A stretch of 64,000 nt of DNA from an uncultured Solirubrobacterales bacterium (GTDB taxonomy: Bacteria > Actinomycetota > Thermoleophilia > Solirubrobacterales > 70-9), in assembly GCA_963729995.1 (NCBI GenBank), contig CAVSPF010000005.1, positions 24,344 to 88,343 on the forward strand. Direction: 5' to 3'. Positions 1 through 10,036 of this stretch are shown in pieces. The first letter of the stretch is position 1. The number at the start of each line of letters is the position of its first letter. The notes under the pieces are model-generated. The model was not told the origin of the DNA. It worked only from the letters and a program-made list of their open reading frames with translations, and did not search any database. Position numbers and translations under genes: made by a program.

Positions 1-92
1 TGCGATCTCGTCGGGGGCGCGGTCCGGCGCCGGCTCGCCCGCCGCCGGGGCGAGCGAGGAGAGGCTCCGCTTCAGCAGCGCCACGGCGCCCC

Positions 93-1691
93 TCAGAACA
101 GCGACATCCCGGGGGCGACCGGCACTTCCACCAGCTCCGGCTGCGAGGAGGCGAGGGCGGCGGCCAGCGCGTCGCGCACGTCGTCGCGCCCCTTGACCCG
201 GTGCGCCGTGACGCCGTAGCCCTCGGCGACGGAGGCGACGTCGAGCGCCGGCAGGTCGAGCCCGGGCGCCCCCTGGATCGACTCCACCTCGGCGAACCAC
301 TTGAGGATCGCGTACTCGGAGTTGCGCAGGACGAGGAAGGTGACCGGCGCCTCGTGGGCGACGGCGCTCCAGAAGGCCGTGATCGCATACTGCGCCGAGC
401 CCTCGCCGAGGATGCAGACGACCGGGCGGTCGGGCTGGGCGATCTGCACCCCGACCGCAGCGGCCAGGCCGAAGCCGAGACCGCCACCCGCCGCGAAGTA
501 ATAGCTGCCGGGCCGCGAGATGCGGAGCTGGTTGCGCAGCGCCAGGGTGCTGCCAGGCGACTCGAGCACGACGATGCCGTCCTCGGGAAAGGCCTCGGCG
601 AGGGCGGAGTGGACGGTGGAGGAGTTGAGCGGGTCGGTCGCCGGGATCTCCTGCGGCCCCATGTTGGGCTCGGGCCCCGGCCGCGAGGATTCCGGCGTCG
701 CCTCCAGCAGCGCCTCCAGGGTCAGCTTCACGTCGGCGACCAGCGCATCGCCCATCGGGGCGCGGGCGGCCTCGTCGGGATCGCTGGTGATTGCGATGAG
801 CTTCGCTCCCTCCGGGAGCAGCGGGCCGGGGATGTAGGGGTAGTAGGGGAAGACGGAGCTGCCGACGACGAGGACCAGGTCGTGATCCTCGAGCGTCTGG
901 GCGACCGGGCCGATCGCGGGCGGCAGCACACCGCGGAAGTTGGGATGGCTCTCGGGGAAGCCAACCCGCCCGCCTCCCGGCGCCGGGGTCGCCCAGACCG
1001 GCAGGCGCTGGCGCTCGGCCAGCCCGACCGCCACGTCCCAGGCGCCGCTGGCGTCGACGTCGCCGCCGACCACCATCACCGGGTTGCTCGCCGCGTCGAG
1101 CCGCTCGGCCACGCCACGGACCGCCTCGGGGTCGGCCATCGCGCGGCCGGTAACCCTCCGCGCGATCGCCTCGCGGGCGTCCGCCTCGTCGACCTCGGCC
1201 CCCCAGTCGTCCATCGGCACCGAAACGAAGACCGGGCCGCGGGGAGGAAGCGAGGCGAGGTGGGCGCCGCGCGCAAGCGCCAGCGGCACGTCCTCGGCGC
1301 GCGGCGGCTCGTAGGCCCACTTGACCAGCGGCTGCGGCATCCGAATCGCGTCGCGGTTGGTCAGGTTCGCCTGGATCGTCATCTGCGCGCGCGTCTGCTG
1401 CCCGGCGGTGATCAGCAGCGGCGAGTGGTTGGCCTGAGCGTTGAAGATCGCCCCCATCGCGTTGCCGACGCCGGGCGCGGTGTGGAGGTTGACGAGCGTC
1501 GTGCGGCCAGACGCCTGCGCGTAGCCGTCCGCCATCCCCACGACCACGGCCTCCTGGAGACCGAGGACATAGCGGAAGTCAGACGGGAAGTCGGCGAGCA
1601 TCGGCAGCTCGGTCGAACCCGGGTTGCCGAACATCGTCGTCATTCCGTGAGCGCGGAAGAGGTCGAAGCTGGCGTCGCGAACGGTCGGCAT
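93..1691 (-). CDS. Thiamine-diphosphate-dependent decarboxylase, benzoylformate-decarboxylase-like
   Basis: 532-aa ORF with the TPP-enzyme three-domain layout. N-terminal FGNPGSTELP and C-terminal ILGEGSAQY TPP-binding region. The + strand ORF 201..1712 is its antisense shadow. Confidence 0.8.
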   Translation of the reverse strand: MPTVRDASFDLFRAHGMTTMFGNPGSTELPMLADFPSDFRYVLGLQEAVVVGMADGYAQASGRTTLVNLHTAPGVGNAMGAIFNAQANHSPLLITAGQQTRAQMTIQANLTNRDAIRMPQPLVKWAYEPPRAEDVPLALARGAHLASLPPRGPVFVSVPMDDWGAEVDEADAREAIARRVTGRAMADPEAVRGVAERLDAASNPVMVVGGDVDASGAWDVAVGLAERQRLPVWATPAPGGGRVGFPESHPNFRGVLPPAIGPVAQTLEDHDLVLVVGSSVFPYYPYIPGPLLPEGAKLIAITSDPDEAARAPMGDALVADVKLTLEALLEATPESSRPGPEPNMGPQEIPATDPLNSSTVHSALAEAFPEDGIVVLESPGSTLALRNQLRISRPGSYYFAAGGGLGFGLAAAVGVQIAQPDRPVVCILGEGSAQYAITAFWSAVAHEAPVTFLVLRNSEYAILKWFAEVESIQGAPGLDLPALDVASVAEGYGVTAHRVKGRDDVRDALAAALASSQPELVEVPVAPGMSLF

Positions 1692-1806
1692 GGCCTCCGC
1701 AACCCTAGATGAACGATTCCAATTCCCGCGCCCCCGGATGACGCGCCTGGCACTTTGCGACCCTCGGCCCTAAAGCACACTGCGGGGTGCGGTCGATAGG
1801 CAATAT

Positions 1807-2505
1807 GTGTCAGGACCGAGGACCCGAATCGCCATCGTCGCTGCAGTTACCGCGATCTGCTGCCTGACTGCCACCTCAGCGAGCGCCGGCCCGGCCACCA
1901 CCCGTCTCGTCCGTGCGGCCGGGACGCTCGTCCCGATCCCGGCGGCGGTCCCCCACCAGGAAGGCAGCATGATCGACAGCCGCCTCGTTCCCGACCTGCG
2001 CTGGATCGCCGCCCACTTCCCGATCTATGTCACCGAGGGCTACTCGGGGCCGCTGCCCAACGGCGAATACGCCGGCTGCCACGGCTGCCACGTCAAGCAC
2101 TCCGACCACTACAACGGTCTCGCCGTCGACATCGTGCCGCTGCACTGGAGCGACAGATGCGACGCCAACTGGCGCGGCGTCACCCGGCTCGCCCACTGGG
2201 CCGAGCCGGTTCAGAACCAGCCGGTCCCGCCCTTCCGCTGGGTCGGTTACGAAGGCGACGCCGGCCACGGCTGCGGCAACCACCTCCATCTCTCCTGGGA
2301 ACACGCACCCGCCCCGGAATTCCAACTCGCCGAATGGGTGGATGTCTTCCCGGCCGGCCCGGAGCAGACGTCCGCGTCGCCGCAGCCCAAGCAAGCGCCG
2401 GCACCCTCGCCGTCCGAACGCAAGAGGGAACGCAGGAAGCGGACGGGACCGTCGGGCGGCATATCGCAGGCCCAGAGCGGCGGCGTCTCGGCGCTTGGCG
2501 ACTGA
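1807..2505 (+). CDS. Secreted LAS-type (peptidase M15/VanY-like) zinc D,D-peptidase-like protein
   Basis: GTG start and signal-like N-terminus (AAVTAICCLTATSASAGP). H-x6-D motif (SDHYNGLAVDI) plus HLHLS (HxH), typical of LAS metallopeptidases. Pro/Ser/Arg-rich tail. Confidence 0.6.
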   Translation: MSGPRTRIAIVAAVTAICCLTATSASAGPATTRLVRAAGTLVPIPAAVPHQEGSMIDSRLVPDLRWIAAHFPIYVTEGYSGPLPNGEYAGCHGCHVKHSDHYNGLAVDIVPLHWSDRCDANWRGVTRLAHWAEPVQNQPVPPFRWVGYEGDAGHGCGNHLHLSWEHAPAPEFQLAEWVDVFPAGPEQTSASPQPKQAPAPSPSERKRERRKRTGPSGGISQAQSGGVSALGD

Positions 2506-2559
2506 GCCGTCGCCGCGCGGGGGCCGAGGCGCCCCGCAGCCTCCGTAGGATGGGCCCCG

Positions 2560-3033
2560 ATGCGTGCCCCGATCGCGATTCTCGCCGGCGCCGTGACGAT
2601 CCTGGCCGTTGCCGGCTGTGGTGCGAGCAGCAGCCGCACGCCTGCGGCGTGCCTCGATGGAACGGGTGCCTACCTCGCCGCCCTCGGCAACGCACCCGGT
2701 GAAGTCAAGCTGAGCGACGGGGTCCCGATCGGCGACTGCCTGACGAAGAACCAGCAGGCGGGCGACCTCGCCACCGTCGGCGGCACGATGGTCGTCGCCG
2801 CGACCAAGCTCAACGCGGCGGCTCGCGCCGATCCTGGCGGCGGCGCCAATCTTCAGCTCGGCTACCTGCTCGGGGCCGCCCGGCGCGGCGCCGAGCACAC
2901 CGGCGGCGTCGATGCCGAGCTGATCCGCCGCCTCACCGCCGCCGCGCGCTACAGCCCCGCCGGCCGCCCGCTTCCCCCGCGGTTCACGCGGACCTACGGC
3001 CGGGGCTTCGATGCCGGCCATTCAGCCGGTTGA
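2560..3033 (+). CDS. Putative lipoprotein, function unknown
   Basis: N-terminal signal peptide with lipobox (LAVAGC|G). No recognisable catalytic motif. Confidence 0.55.
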   Translation: MRAPIAILAGAVTILAVAGCGASSSRTPAACLDGTGAYLAALGNAPGEVKLSDGVPIGDCLTKNQQAGDLATVGGTMVVAATKLNAAARADPGGGANLQLGYLLGAARRGAEHTGGVDAELIRRLTAAARYSPAGRPLPPRFTRTYGRGFDAGHSAG

Positions 3034-3072
3034 GCCGCCGCGCGAGAGCCCCGGCCGGCACGGCCATCCCGC

Positions 3073-3342
3073 TCACACGCTGCGCCCGCGGTAATAGGCG
3101 GCGTTGATCTCGACGTACTTCTGCCACTCCGGTGGGACCTGGTCCTCCGGGGTGATCGCGTCGACCGGGCAGGTCTCCACGCAGGCGTCGCAATCGATGC
3201 ACTCGTCCGGATCGATGTAGAGCTGCTCGTGCTGGTCGAAGTCCGGCTCGTCCTGGCTGGGGTGGATGCAGTCGACCGGGCAGACCTCGACGCAAGAGTG
3301 GTCCTTGGTCCCGATGCAAGGCTCATTGATCACGTACGCCAT
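3073..3342 (-). CDS. fdxA: 7Fe ([3Fe-4S][4Fe-4S]) ferredoxin
   Basis: MAYVINEPCIGTKDHSCVEVCPVDCIH ... CIDCDACVETCPVDAI cysteine pattern. GGAGGAAGCC precedes the ATG at 3342, so the upstream ATG at 3369 is less likely. Confidence 0.9.
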   Translation of the reverse strand: MAYVINEPCIGTKDHSCVEVCPVDCIHPSQDEPDFDQHEQLYIDPDECIDCDACVETCPVDAITPEDQVPPEWQKYVEINAAYYRGRSV

Positions 3343-3437
3343 GGCTTCCTCCGTCGGCCGCTTTTTCACATATCAGATGGACAAATTAGCAGAGGCCGCA
3401 TTTCTTTTCACAGAGTAGCTGTGTAAAACTTGGGCGA

Positions 3438-4718
3438 ATGGAGGCCTCGATGCGACCCGACCCCGACCCGTCACGGCGCTGCCGGCCGCGGCCGCGTCGG
3501 AGAGACGGGTTGCGCCCCACCGATGTCGTCGGCTCCTTCTTCGTCTGCGGGATCGGCTTTCTGCTCGCGGCTGTCGCCGCGGGCCTGGTGCAGTGGCTCG
3601 ACCCGTGGCCGCAGGGCCGCTGGCTGGCGCTGCACCTGGCGTTCGTGGGCGGCGTCTCGCAACTTGTGCTCGGTGCCAGCCAGTTCTTTGCCGGCGCCTT
3701 CCTCGCCACCGACCCACCTGCGGGGTGGCTCGTCCGCGCTCAGGTCCTCGCCTGGAACGCCGGGGCGGCCCTGCTCGCGATCGCGCTCCCGGAGCACTAC
3801 GGCACCCTGATCTGGGTCGCCGTCGGCCTGCTCCTCGGCGCTCTCCTGACCTGGGCGGCGGCGATCGCCACGATGCGGCGGCGATCGTTGCGCAGATCCC
3901 CTTGGGCAACCCGCTGGTACGTGACCAGCGCCGCCTTCTTCGGGCTCGGCATGGTTGCCGGCTCGCTGCTCGCCCGCGGCGTGCCCTGGAGCCACGGCGA
4001 CCTGCTGGGCGCTCACATGTCCCTCAATCTTGGGGGATGGTTCGGGGGCGCGATCGTCGGCACCCTGCACACGTTCTACCCGTCCCTCACGCAGACCCAG
4101 CTTCGCTTCGCGCGCCTGCAGGCCGTGACCTTCGCCGCCTGGACGGCCGGTGTTGCGGCGCTCGCGATCGGCTACGCATGGTCGCTCGAGCCCCTCGCGA
4201 TCGCCGGCTGGCTCGCCCTCTGCGTCGCCGGCCTCGTCCTGCTGGTCAACGTGGCCGCCTGCGTGCCCGCCGCGCCCCGTCCCCTTTCGCTCGCGGCCCG
4301 GATCGTCGGCGCCGCCCAGCCCTTTCTCCTCGCCGGCCTGCTGATCGCCGCTGTCGCGGCGATCAGCAGCGGTCCCGCCAATGCCCTGACCGGGTCGACC
4401 CGGACTGCCGTCGGCACCCTGCTGGTCTGCGGCTGGATCGGCCTCACGGTGCTCGGCTCGCTGCTGCACCTGCTGGCCGTCGTCGTACGGGTGCGCGACT
4501 TCTCCCGGCAGATGCCGGCTCCGCGACCGCGCTTCGACACGTTCGCCGCGGCTCTCGCGGCAGCGGGCATTGGGGCGCTCGCGCTATCCCAGCGGCTCGG
4601 CCTCGACGGTTGGGACACGCTGGCGACAATCGTGCTGCTGGCCGCCTACGCGATCCTCGCCGCCCGCATCGCGGCCCTGGCGGCACGCGTCCTGATCCAC
4701 GCGCGTCCCCGCATCTGA
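3438..4718 (+). CDS. Polytopic integral membrane protein, function unknown
   Basis: 426-aa ORF with roughly 10-12 hydrophobic Ala/Leu/Gly-rich segments and an Arg-rich N-terminus. Divergent from fdxA across a lower-GC intergenic region. Confidence 0.6.
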   Translation: MEASMRPDPDPSRRCRPRPRRRDGLRPTDVVGSFFVCGIGFLLAAVAAGLVQWLDPWPQGRWLALHLAFVGGVSQLVLGASQFFAGAFLATDPPAGWLVRAQVLAWNAGAALLAIALPEHYGTLIWVAVGLLLGALLTWAAAIATMRRRSLRRSPWATRWYVTSAAFFGLGMVAGSLLARGVPWSHGDLLGAHMSLNLGGWFGGAIVGTLHTFYPSLTQTQLRFARLQAVTFAAWTAGVAALAIGYAWSLEPLAIAGWLALCVAGLVLLVNVAACVPAAPRPLSLAARIVGAAQPFLLAGLLIAAVAAISSGPANALTGSTRTAVGTLLVCGWIGLTVLGSLLHLLAVVVRVRDFSRQMPAPRPRFDTFAAALAAAGIGALALSQRLGLDGWDTLATIVLLAAYAILAARIAALAARVLIHARPRI

Positions 4719-4883
4719 AAAGCGTCGTGAACGCTTGAAGCGAGGCGCACCGGACGGTCATGCCCGACCCACCGGCGAGTCCATTTCCGACGGTATACGT
4801 GGGTTTTCGGCCCACCGGCGGGGGACCGAGTGGCGCCCGGTCTGAATAGTCTTGCGGGCCCACGACTTCGATGGAGGCACGAC

Positions 4884-6200
4884 GTGACTGAGCAGCTCTG
4901 GGGTGGCGAGACCACCAAAGCCGTCGACAACTTTCCGATCTCTGGAGAGCGCATCCCGGTTCCCGTGATCCGCTGGTTGGGGCGGGTGAAGGCCGCGGCG
5001 GCGCGGGCCAACGGCGAGCTGGGGCGGCTCGACACCGGCCTTGCGGAGGGCATCGCGAAGGCTGGCGACGCCGTTGCGGCCGGCGAGCACGACGACCAGT
5101 TCCCGGTCGACGTCTTCCAGACCGGATCGGGCACCTCTTCGAACATGAACGCCAACGAGGTGATCGCCAACCTGGCTGGCGAGAAGGCCCACCCGAACGA
5201 TCACGTCAACATGGGGCAGTCCTCCAACGACGTCTTTCCCTCCGCCGTCCACCTGGCGGCGCTGGGCGAGGTCACCCAGACGCTGCTGCCCGCGATGGAG
5301 GGTCTGCAGGAGGCGCTGGCCGAGAAGGCCGAGCGGTTCGCCGACGTGGTCAAGGCCGGCCGCACCCACCTGATGGATGCCGTGCCGGTCACGCTGGGCC
5401 AGGAGTTCGGCGGCTACGCGGCGCAGGTGCGGCTCGGCATCCAGCGGATCGAGGGGACGCTGCGGCGCGTCGGCCAGATCCCACTGGGCGGCACCGCAAC
5501 CGGCACGGGGCTCAACACCCATCCGGAGTTTGCGGCGAAGGTGCGGGAGAAGCTCGCGGCCGAGTCCGGCCTCGAGATCTCCGCGCCGCTCGACCCCTTC
5601 GAGGCACAGGCCAACCGCGACGCCCTGGTCGAGCTGTCCGGCGCGCTCAAGGTCTACGCCGTCTCGCTCAACAAGATCGCCAACGACCTGGCGCTGATGG
5701 GCTCCGGCCCGCGCACCGGTCTGGCCGAGCTGCGCCTGCCCGAGCTCCAGAAGGGCTCCTCGATCATGCCGGGCAAGGTCAACCCCGTGATCCCCGAGGT
5801 CGTGATCCAGACCGCAGCCCAGGTGATCGGCAACGACGTCGCGATCACCGTCGCCGGCAGCCAGGGCCAGTTCGAGCTGAACGTGCGCGTGCCGCTGATC
5901 GCCCGCAACCTGCTCGACTCGATCAAGCTGCTCAGCTCGGTCTCGCGGCTGCTCAACGAGAAGTGCGTGGCGGGAATCGAGGCCAACGAGGAGATGACCG
6001 AGCGCCACGCCGAGGCGACACTTGCCGCGGCAACCGCGCTCAACCCCCACATCGGCTACGACCGCGCCGCCGAGATCGTCAAGGCGGCGGTCGAGTCGGG
6101 GCGCACGCTGCGCGAAGTGGCGATCGAGAAGGGGGTCGAGCAGGCGGTGCTCGACGAGGCGCTCGACAACCGGCGCATGGCGCGGCCGCACGACGAGTAG
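4884..6200 (+). CDS. Aspartate ammonia-lyase / class II fumarate hydratase family lyase
   Basis: Signature GSSIMPGKVNPVIPE (the PVIPEV part is more aspartase-like) and GQSSNDVFPSA. GGAGG lies 6 nt before the GTG at 4884. The ATG at 4830 is an alternative start. Confidence 0.85.
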   Translation: MTEQLWGGETTKAVDNFPISGERIPVPVIRWLGRVKAAAARANGELGRLDTGLAEGIAKAGDAVAAGEHDDQFPVDVFQTGSGTSSNMNANEVIANLAGEKAHPNDHVNMGQSSNDVFPSAVHLAALGEVTQTLLPAMEGLQEALAEKAERFADVVKAGRTHLMDAVPVTLGQEFGGYAAQVRLGIQRIEGTLRRVGQIPLGGTATGTGLNTHPEFAAKVREKLAAESGLEISAPLDPFEAQANRDALVELSGALKVYAVSLNKIANDLALMGSGPRTGLAELRLPELQKGSSIMPGKVNPVIPEVVIQTAAQVIGNDVAITVAGSQGQFELNVRVPLIARNLLDSIKLLSSVSRLLNEKCVAGIEANEEMTERHAEATLAAATALNPHIGYDRAAEIVKAAVESGRTLREVAIEKGVEQAVLDEALDNRRMARPHDE

Positions 6201-6220
6201 GGCCACCCGGCTCCTACGCG

Positions 6221-7666
6221 CTACCCCTGCAGGGTGACTAGGCGCTCCTCGGTCAGCTCGAGCACTGCGTAGGCGGGTCCCTCGCGCGTGTTGCCCGAGT
6301 CCTTGACGCCGCCGTAGGGCATCTGGTCGGCGCGGAAGGTGGGGACCTCGTTGATCAGCACGCCGCCGAACTCCAGCGCCCGCGCGGCCTCGAGCGCGCA
6401 ACCGACGTCGCGGGTGAAGACGCCGGCCTGGAGGCCGAACCGGGAGTCGTTCGCCATCCGCAGCGCCTCGGCGAAGTCGGCGTAGCGGTCGATCGTCGCC
6501 ACCGGACCGAAGATCTCCTCGCACCAGACCTTCGCCTCCCGCGGCGGGCCGGCCAGCAGCGTCGGAGCCAGGCAGCGTCCCTCGTCGACGAGCTCCCCTC
6601 CCGTGAGCAGCTCCGCCCCACCGGCCACCGCCTCGTCCACCCAGCCCTTGACGCGGTCGCGGTCGCCGGGGCTGATCAGCGGGCCGACGTCGGTCTCCGG
6701 GTCGAGTGGGTTGCCGACCCGCAGCCCCTCCGCGTTGGCGATCAGGCGCTCGGTGAAGGCGTCGGCGACGTCCTCGTGGACGAGCACCCGCTGGATCGAG
6801 ATGCAGCTCTGACCGGCGTGGGAGAAGGCATGGAGCTTCGCCCTGTCGGCCGCCGTCTCCCAATCGCCGTCGGAGTGGACGATCAGCGGCGCGTTGGAGC
6901 CCAGCTCGAGGTTGACCTTCTTGTGGGGGACGCGGCTGCGGATGCCCCAGCCGACCTTGGCCGAGCCGGTGAAGGTGATCGCGCGGCTCAGCTCGTGCTC
7001 GACGATCGCATTGCCGACCTCGGCGCCAGATCCCGGGATGACGCTCAGCCACCCCGGCGGCAGGCCCGCCTCGACCAGGATCTCGGCCAGCTTCAGCGCC
7101 GAGACCGGCGTCTGCCCCGCCGGCTTGAGGACGATCGCGTTGCCTGCGGCGATCGCCGGCCCGATCTTGTGGGCAACCAGGTTGAGCGGGAAGTTGAAGG
7201 GGCTGATCGCGCCGACCACCCCGTAGGGGACGCGCAGCATCACGCCCAGCTTGCCGGCGCCTGCTGGCGAAGCGTCCATCGGGACGGTGCCGCCGGTCAG
7301 CTTGCGGGCCTCCGTGGCGGAGAAGGTGAGGGTGTCGACGCAACGGGCCGCCTCCCCCCTTGCGGTCTTCAGCGGCTTCCCCGCCTCGGCGGCTATCGTC
7401 AGCGCCAGGTCGTCGATCCGCTCGCGGACCAGCGCCGCGGCGCGGTCGAGCACTGCGGCGCGCTCGTGCTGCGGGAAGCCGCTCGACTCGAAGGCGGCGC
7501 GAGCGCCGATCGCGGCGCGGTCGACCAGCGCGGCGTCTCCCCGCGCCACCCGGCCAACGACGGCTCCGTCGTAGGGGCTGAGCACCTCGTTCCACTCGCC
7601 CGTCTCCTCCCACTCGCCGGCGGCGAGGAGCTTGTGGTCTGCCGCCTGGACCGTCTGCGTCGCCAT
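6221..7666 (-). CDS. NAD(P)-dependent aldehyde dehydrogenase
   Basis: 481 aa with the ALDH family layout (FTGS...VG, LELGSNAP, AGQSCISIQR catalytic Cys region). Confidence 0.85.
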   Translation of the reverse strand: MATQTVQAADHKLLAAGEWEETGEWNEVLSPYDGAVVGRVARGDAALVDRAAIGARAAFESSGFPQHERAAVLDRAAALVRERIDDLALTIAAEAGKPLKTARGEAARCVDTLTFSATEARKLTGGTVPMDASPAGAGKLGVMLRVPYGVVGAISPFNFPLNLVAHKIGPAIAAGNAIVLKPAGQTPVSALKLAEILVEAGLPPGWLSVIPGSGAEVGNAIVEHELSRAITFTGSAKVGWGIRSRVPHKKVNLELGSNAPLIVHSDGDWETAADRAKLHAFSHAGQSCISIQRVLVHEDVADAFTERLIANAEGLRVGNPLDPETDVGPLISPGDRDRVKGWVDEAVAGGAELLTGGELVDEGRCLAPTLLAGPPREAKVWCEEIFGPVATIDRYADFAEALRMANDSRFGLQAGVFTRDVGCALEAARALEFGGVLINEVPTFRADQMPYGGVKDSGNTREGPAYAVLELTEERLVTLQG

Positions 7667-7753
7667 CCTGGCCTCCTCTCGGTTCGGTCTCCCAGACTAG
7701 TTCCATTTCCCGGCAGGCCGCTACTCCGAAACGACGAACCTGTTGACCGAGAC

Positions 7754-8977
7754 ATGCCGTTTCGATTCACAAGACGGCTTCCAACCGCGCGCGGCACGGT
7801 TGGCGGCGCCCTCCTGGGCGCCCTCGTCGCCATGGCGCTCCTCGCTCCCGTCGTGCGCGCGGCCGCCAGGTGGGTTGTGGTCGGCCACGGCTTCGGCCAC
7901 GGCGTCGGAATGAGCCAGTACGGCGCCTACGGCTACGCCAAGCACGGCGCGGACTACCGCTTCATTCTCGGTCACTACTACTCCGGGACCACAATCGGCA
8001 CGCTGCCCCGGCCGCGCGTCGTTCGCGTCCTGATCGACGTATCCCGCGGCGACGTGGGCTTCAGCGGGGCAGGCGACGCCTGCGGCAGGAGCCTGGCGCC
8101 GGGACACCCTTACGAGGCCCACCGAGCGGGGGGATCCGTGCTGCTGCGCAACTCCGCCGGGCGGACGCTTGCCAACTGTGGCCGCAAGCTGCGGGCGGCT
8201 GGCAATGGTCGCATCGACATCGCCGGAGCCGGGACCTATCGCGGCGCCCTGCAGGTGGTGCCGACCGACAGCGACGCCCACTCCCTCAACGCTGTCAACG
8301 CCCTCTCGGTCGACCAGTACGTCAAGGGGGTGATTCCCAATGAGATGCCGTCGTCCTGGCCGATGGCGGCACTGCGCGCCCAGGCGGTGGCAGCCCGTTC
8401 GTACGCGCTCAGCGTCCAGGTGGGCGGCAACGGCTTCGACCTCTACGACAACACGAGCAGCCAGGTCTACCGGGGGCTCGAAAGCGGGACGGCGCGCACC
8501 GACGCGGCGGCGAGCTCCACCGATGGGCAGGTCGTGATGTACGGCGGGAGCATTGCCCAGACCTACTTCTCCGCCTGCTCAGGTGGGTACACCGAGAGCG
8601 TCCAGAACGTCTTCTTCGGACCGTCGATCCCGTACCTCGTCGGCGTCCCCGACCCCTACGACTACTACTGCCCGCTGCATACCTGGACGCTGCGCTTCTC
8701 AGAGCCGCAGATCAGCGCCAAGCTGGGGAGCGACCTCAGCGGCCAGTTGAAGCAGGTGGTCGTAACCAAGCGCGGCGTCTCGCCCCGCATCGTCTGGGCG
8801 CGGCTCTACGGGACGGGCGGCGTGACGAGGATCCGCGGCGACCAGCTCGCCTCCGCGCTGGGGGCATACGACAGCTGGATGACCTTCCGCAGGGTCGTCA
8901 ACGGCCAGGTCGCCGGTGGCGGGAAACCCGAAGGAGCAGCACCGCCCGCGCCTCCCGGCGGCACCTCGCCTGGTTGA
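7754..8977 (+). CDS. SpoIID/LytB-domain protein (amidase-enhancer family), secreted
   Basis: GHGFGHGVGMSQYGAYGYA and VYRG/SACSGGYTE motifs. Signal-like N-terminus after MPFRF. The track ORF start at 6776 is an antisense extension over the ALDH gene. Confidence 0.8.
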   Translation: MPFRFTRRLPTARGTVGGALLGALVAMALLAPVVRAAARWVVVGHGFGHGVGMSQYGAYGYAKHGADYRFILGHYYSGTTIGTLPRPRVVRVLIDVSRGDVGFSGAGDACGRSLAPGHPYEAHRAGGSVLLRNSAGRTLANCGRKLRAAGNGRIDIAGAGTYRGALQVVPTDSDAHSLNAVNALSVDQYVKGVIPNEMPSSWPMAALRAQAVAARSYALSVQVGGNGFDLYDNTSSQVYRGLESGTARTDAAASSTDGQVVMYGGSIAQTYFSACSGGYTESVQNVFFGPSIPYLVGVPDPYDYYCPLHTWTLRFSEPQISAKLGSDLSGQLKQVVVTKRGVSPRIVWARLYGTGGVTRIRGDQLASALGAYDSWMTFRRVVNGQVAGGGKPEGAAPPAPPGGTSPG

Positions 8978-8986
8978 GAGCGTGTC

Positions 8987-9976
8987 TCAGCCGTCCGGGT
9001 AGGGCTGGATCGGGATGCCGTGGTCGGCCTCGCGCATTCCCAGCTCGTACGCCGCGCCCGCCGCCAGGGAGAGATGCTTCGCTGGAAGCGCTGGGCGTTC
9101 GACGGTCAGCTCGAGATCTGCCACCGAGCAGTTCACCGTGTTGTGCTCAGGCCCCTTCGGGTCCGCGTAGACCCAGCCGACGAAGTCCTTCGGGGGAGCC
9201 GAGACGCGGCCGCGAACGACGATGTCCCTGCCGGGAAGGACGAAGGAGCAGGCGGTCGGCGACTCCTCGATCGCGGCGGAACGGACCTTGCCGAAGCCGC
9301 CGAGACGGTGGGCCTCGCCATCGAGCACCAGCATCCCCGTGGGGACCCACGGCGTCGTCCACGGGCCGATCTTGATCCGGGCGGCGCCAGCGTCGAAGTA
9401 GCTGTCGGGCGAGCCCTCGAAACCCGTCCCCTCCAGCCAGACCCAGCGCTCGGCGTGCTCGCTGCCCCAGTTGTGGCCGATCATGCCCGGCCACCCCGCC
9501 AGGTCGAGCGTCTCGCCGCCGATCTCGAGGCGGCCGTCGAAGCGCGCGTTCGGATAGGGAGCAATGAACTTGGTGCGCGGCACCCGCGCCTCGTAGAGCC
9601 AGTCGGCGGGCAGGTACCTGCAGGGCTTGGCGTCGCCGGAGAAGGTGAAGTCCCAGGAGGCCTTGACGGCGTCCGTGTCGACCGCTCCCGTCGCCCTGCC
9701 GGGCCCGATCTCCGCCCGATCGACCCGGATCCACGACCCGGCCGGTGCCGAGAGCTCCGCCGCCGGCACGGTCACCTTGGTCGCGCGCGGCCCCCCGCCG
9801 TCGCGGTCGAAGAGAACGAACCAGATCGATGCGTTCGGCTCGGCTCCGGGCCGCTTGTGGACCGTATGCCGAATCCACACGCCCTGGCCCCCGCCCGGGC
9901 GGCAGGCCTTGATGTAGAAGCTCTCGTAGTGGCCGGCCTTGGCGGCGACGGCCGGGAACCGCGCGTCCTGGTTCAT
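8987..9976 (-). CDS. Conserved hypothetical protein
   Basis: Coding-like composition. Probable start is MNQDARF at 9976, with 10015 possible. No motif recognised. Confidence 0.5.
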   Translation of the reverse strand: MNQDARFPAVAAKAGHYESFYIKACRPGGGQGVWIRHTVHKRPGAEPNASIWFVLFDRDGGGPRATKVTVPAAELSAPAGSWIRVDRAEIGPGRATGAVDTDAVKASWDFTFSGDAKPCRYLPADWLYEARVPRTKFIAPYPNARFDGRLEIGGETLDLAGWPGMIGHNWGSEHAERWVWLEGTGFEGSPDSYFDAGAARIKIGPWTTPWVPTGMLVLDGEAHRLGGFGKVRSAAIEESPTACSFVLPGRDIVVRGRVSAPPKDFVGWVYADPKGPEHNTVNCSVADLELTVERPALPAKHLSLAAGAAYELGMREADHGIPIQPYPDG

Positions 9977-10036
9977 GGCTCCGGTCGATTGATGAGTTGA
10001 TGACCCTATAGGCATATCAACTCATCACTCGTCGTC

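Noticed and set aside
201-1712. 503-aa + strand ORF, plus several 60-120-aa ORFs, overlapping the TPP-enzyme gene
   Set aside because: It is the antisense shadow of a well-supported gene. The Arg/Gly/Asp-rich low-complexity translation is typical of high-GC off-frame ORFs.
4758-7706. 982-aa minus-strand ORF spanning the lyase and aldehyde dehydrogenase genes
   Set aside because: It runs antisense to the aspartase/fumarase gene and off-frame through the ALDH gene. It is extremely Arg/Gly/Pro-rich with no motifs, so I treat it as a GC artefact.
6776-7753. N-terminal 326 codons of the 733-aa track ORF (SpoIID gene), and similar long N-terminal extensions at 11628..12320, 30010..30849, 31746..32747 and 54288..54413
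   Set aside because: The extensions are antisense or off-frame over neighbouring genes and lack homology-like features. Internal starts with signal peptides, lipoboxes or conserved N-termini are far more plausible.
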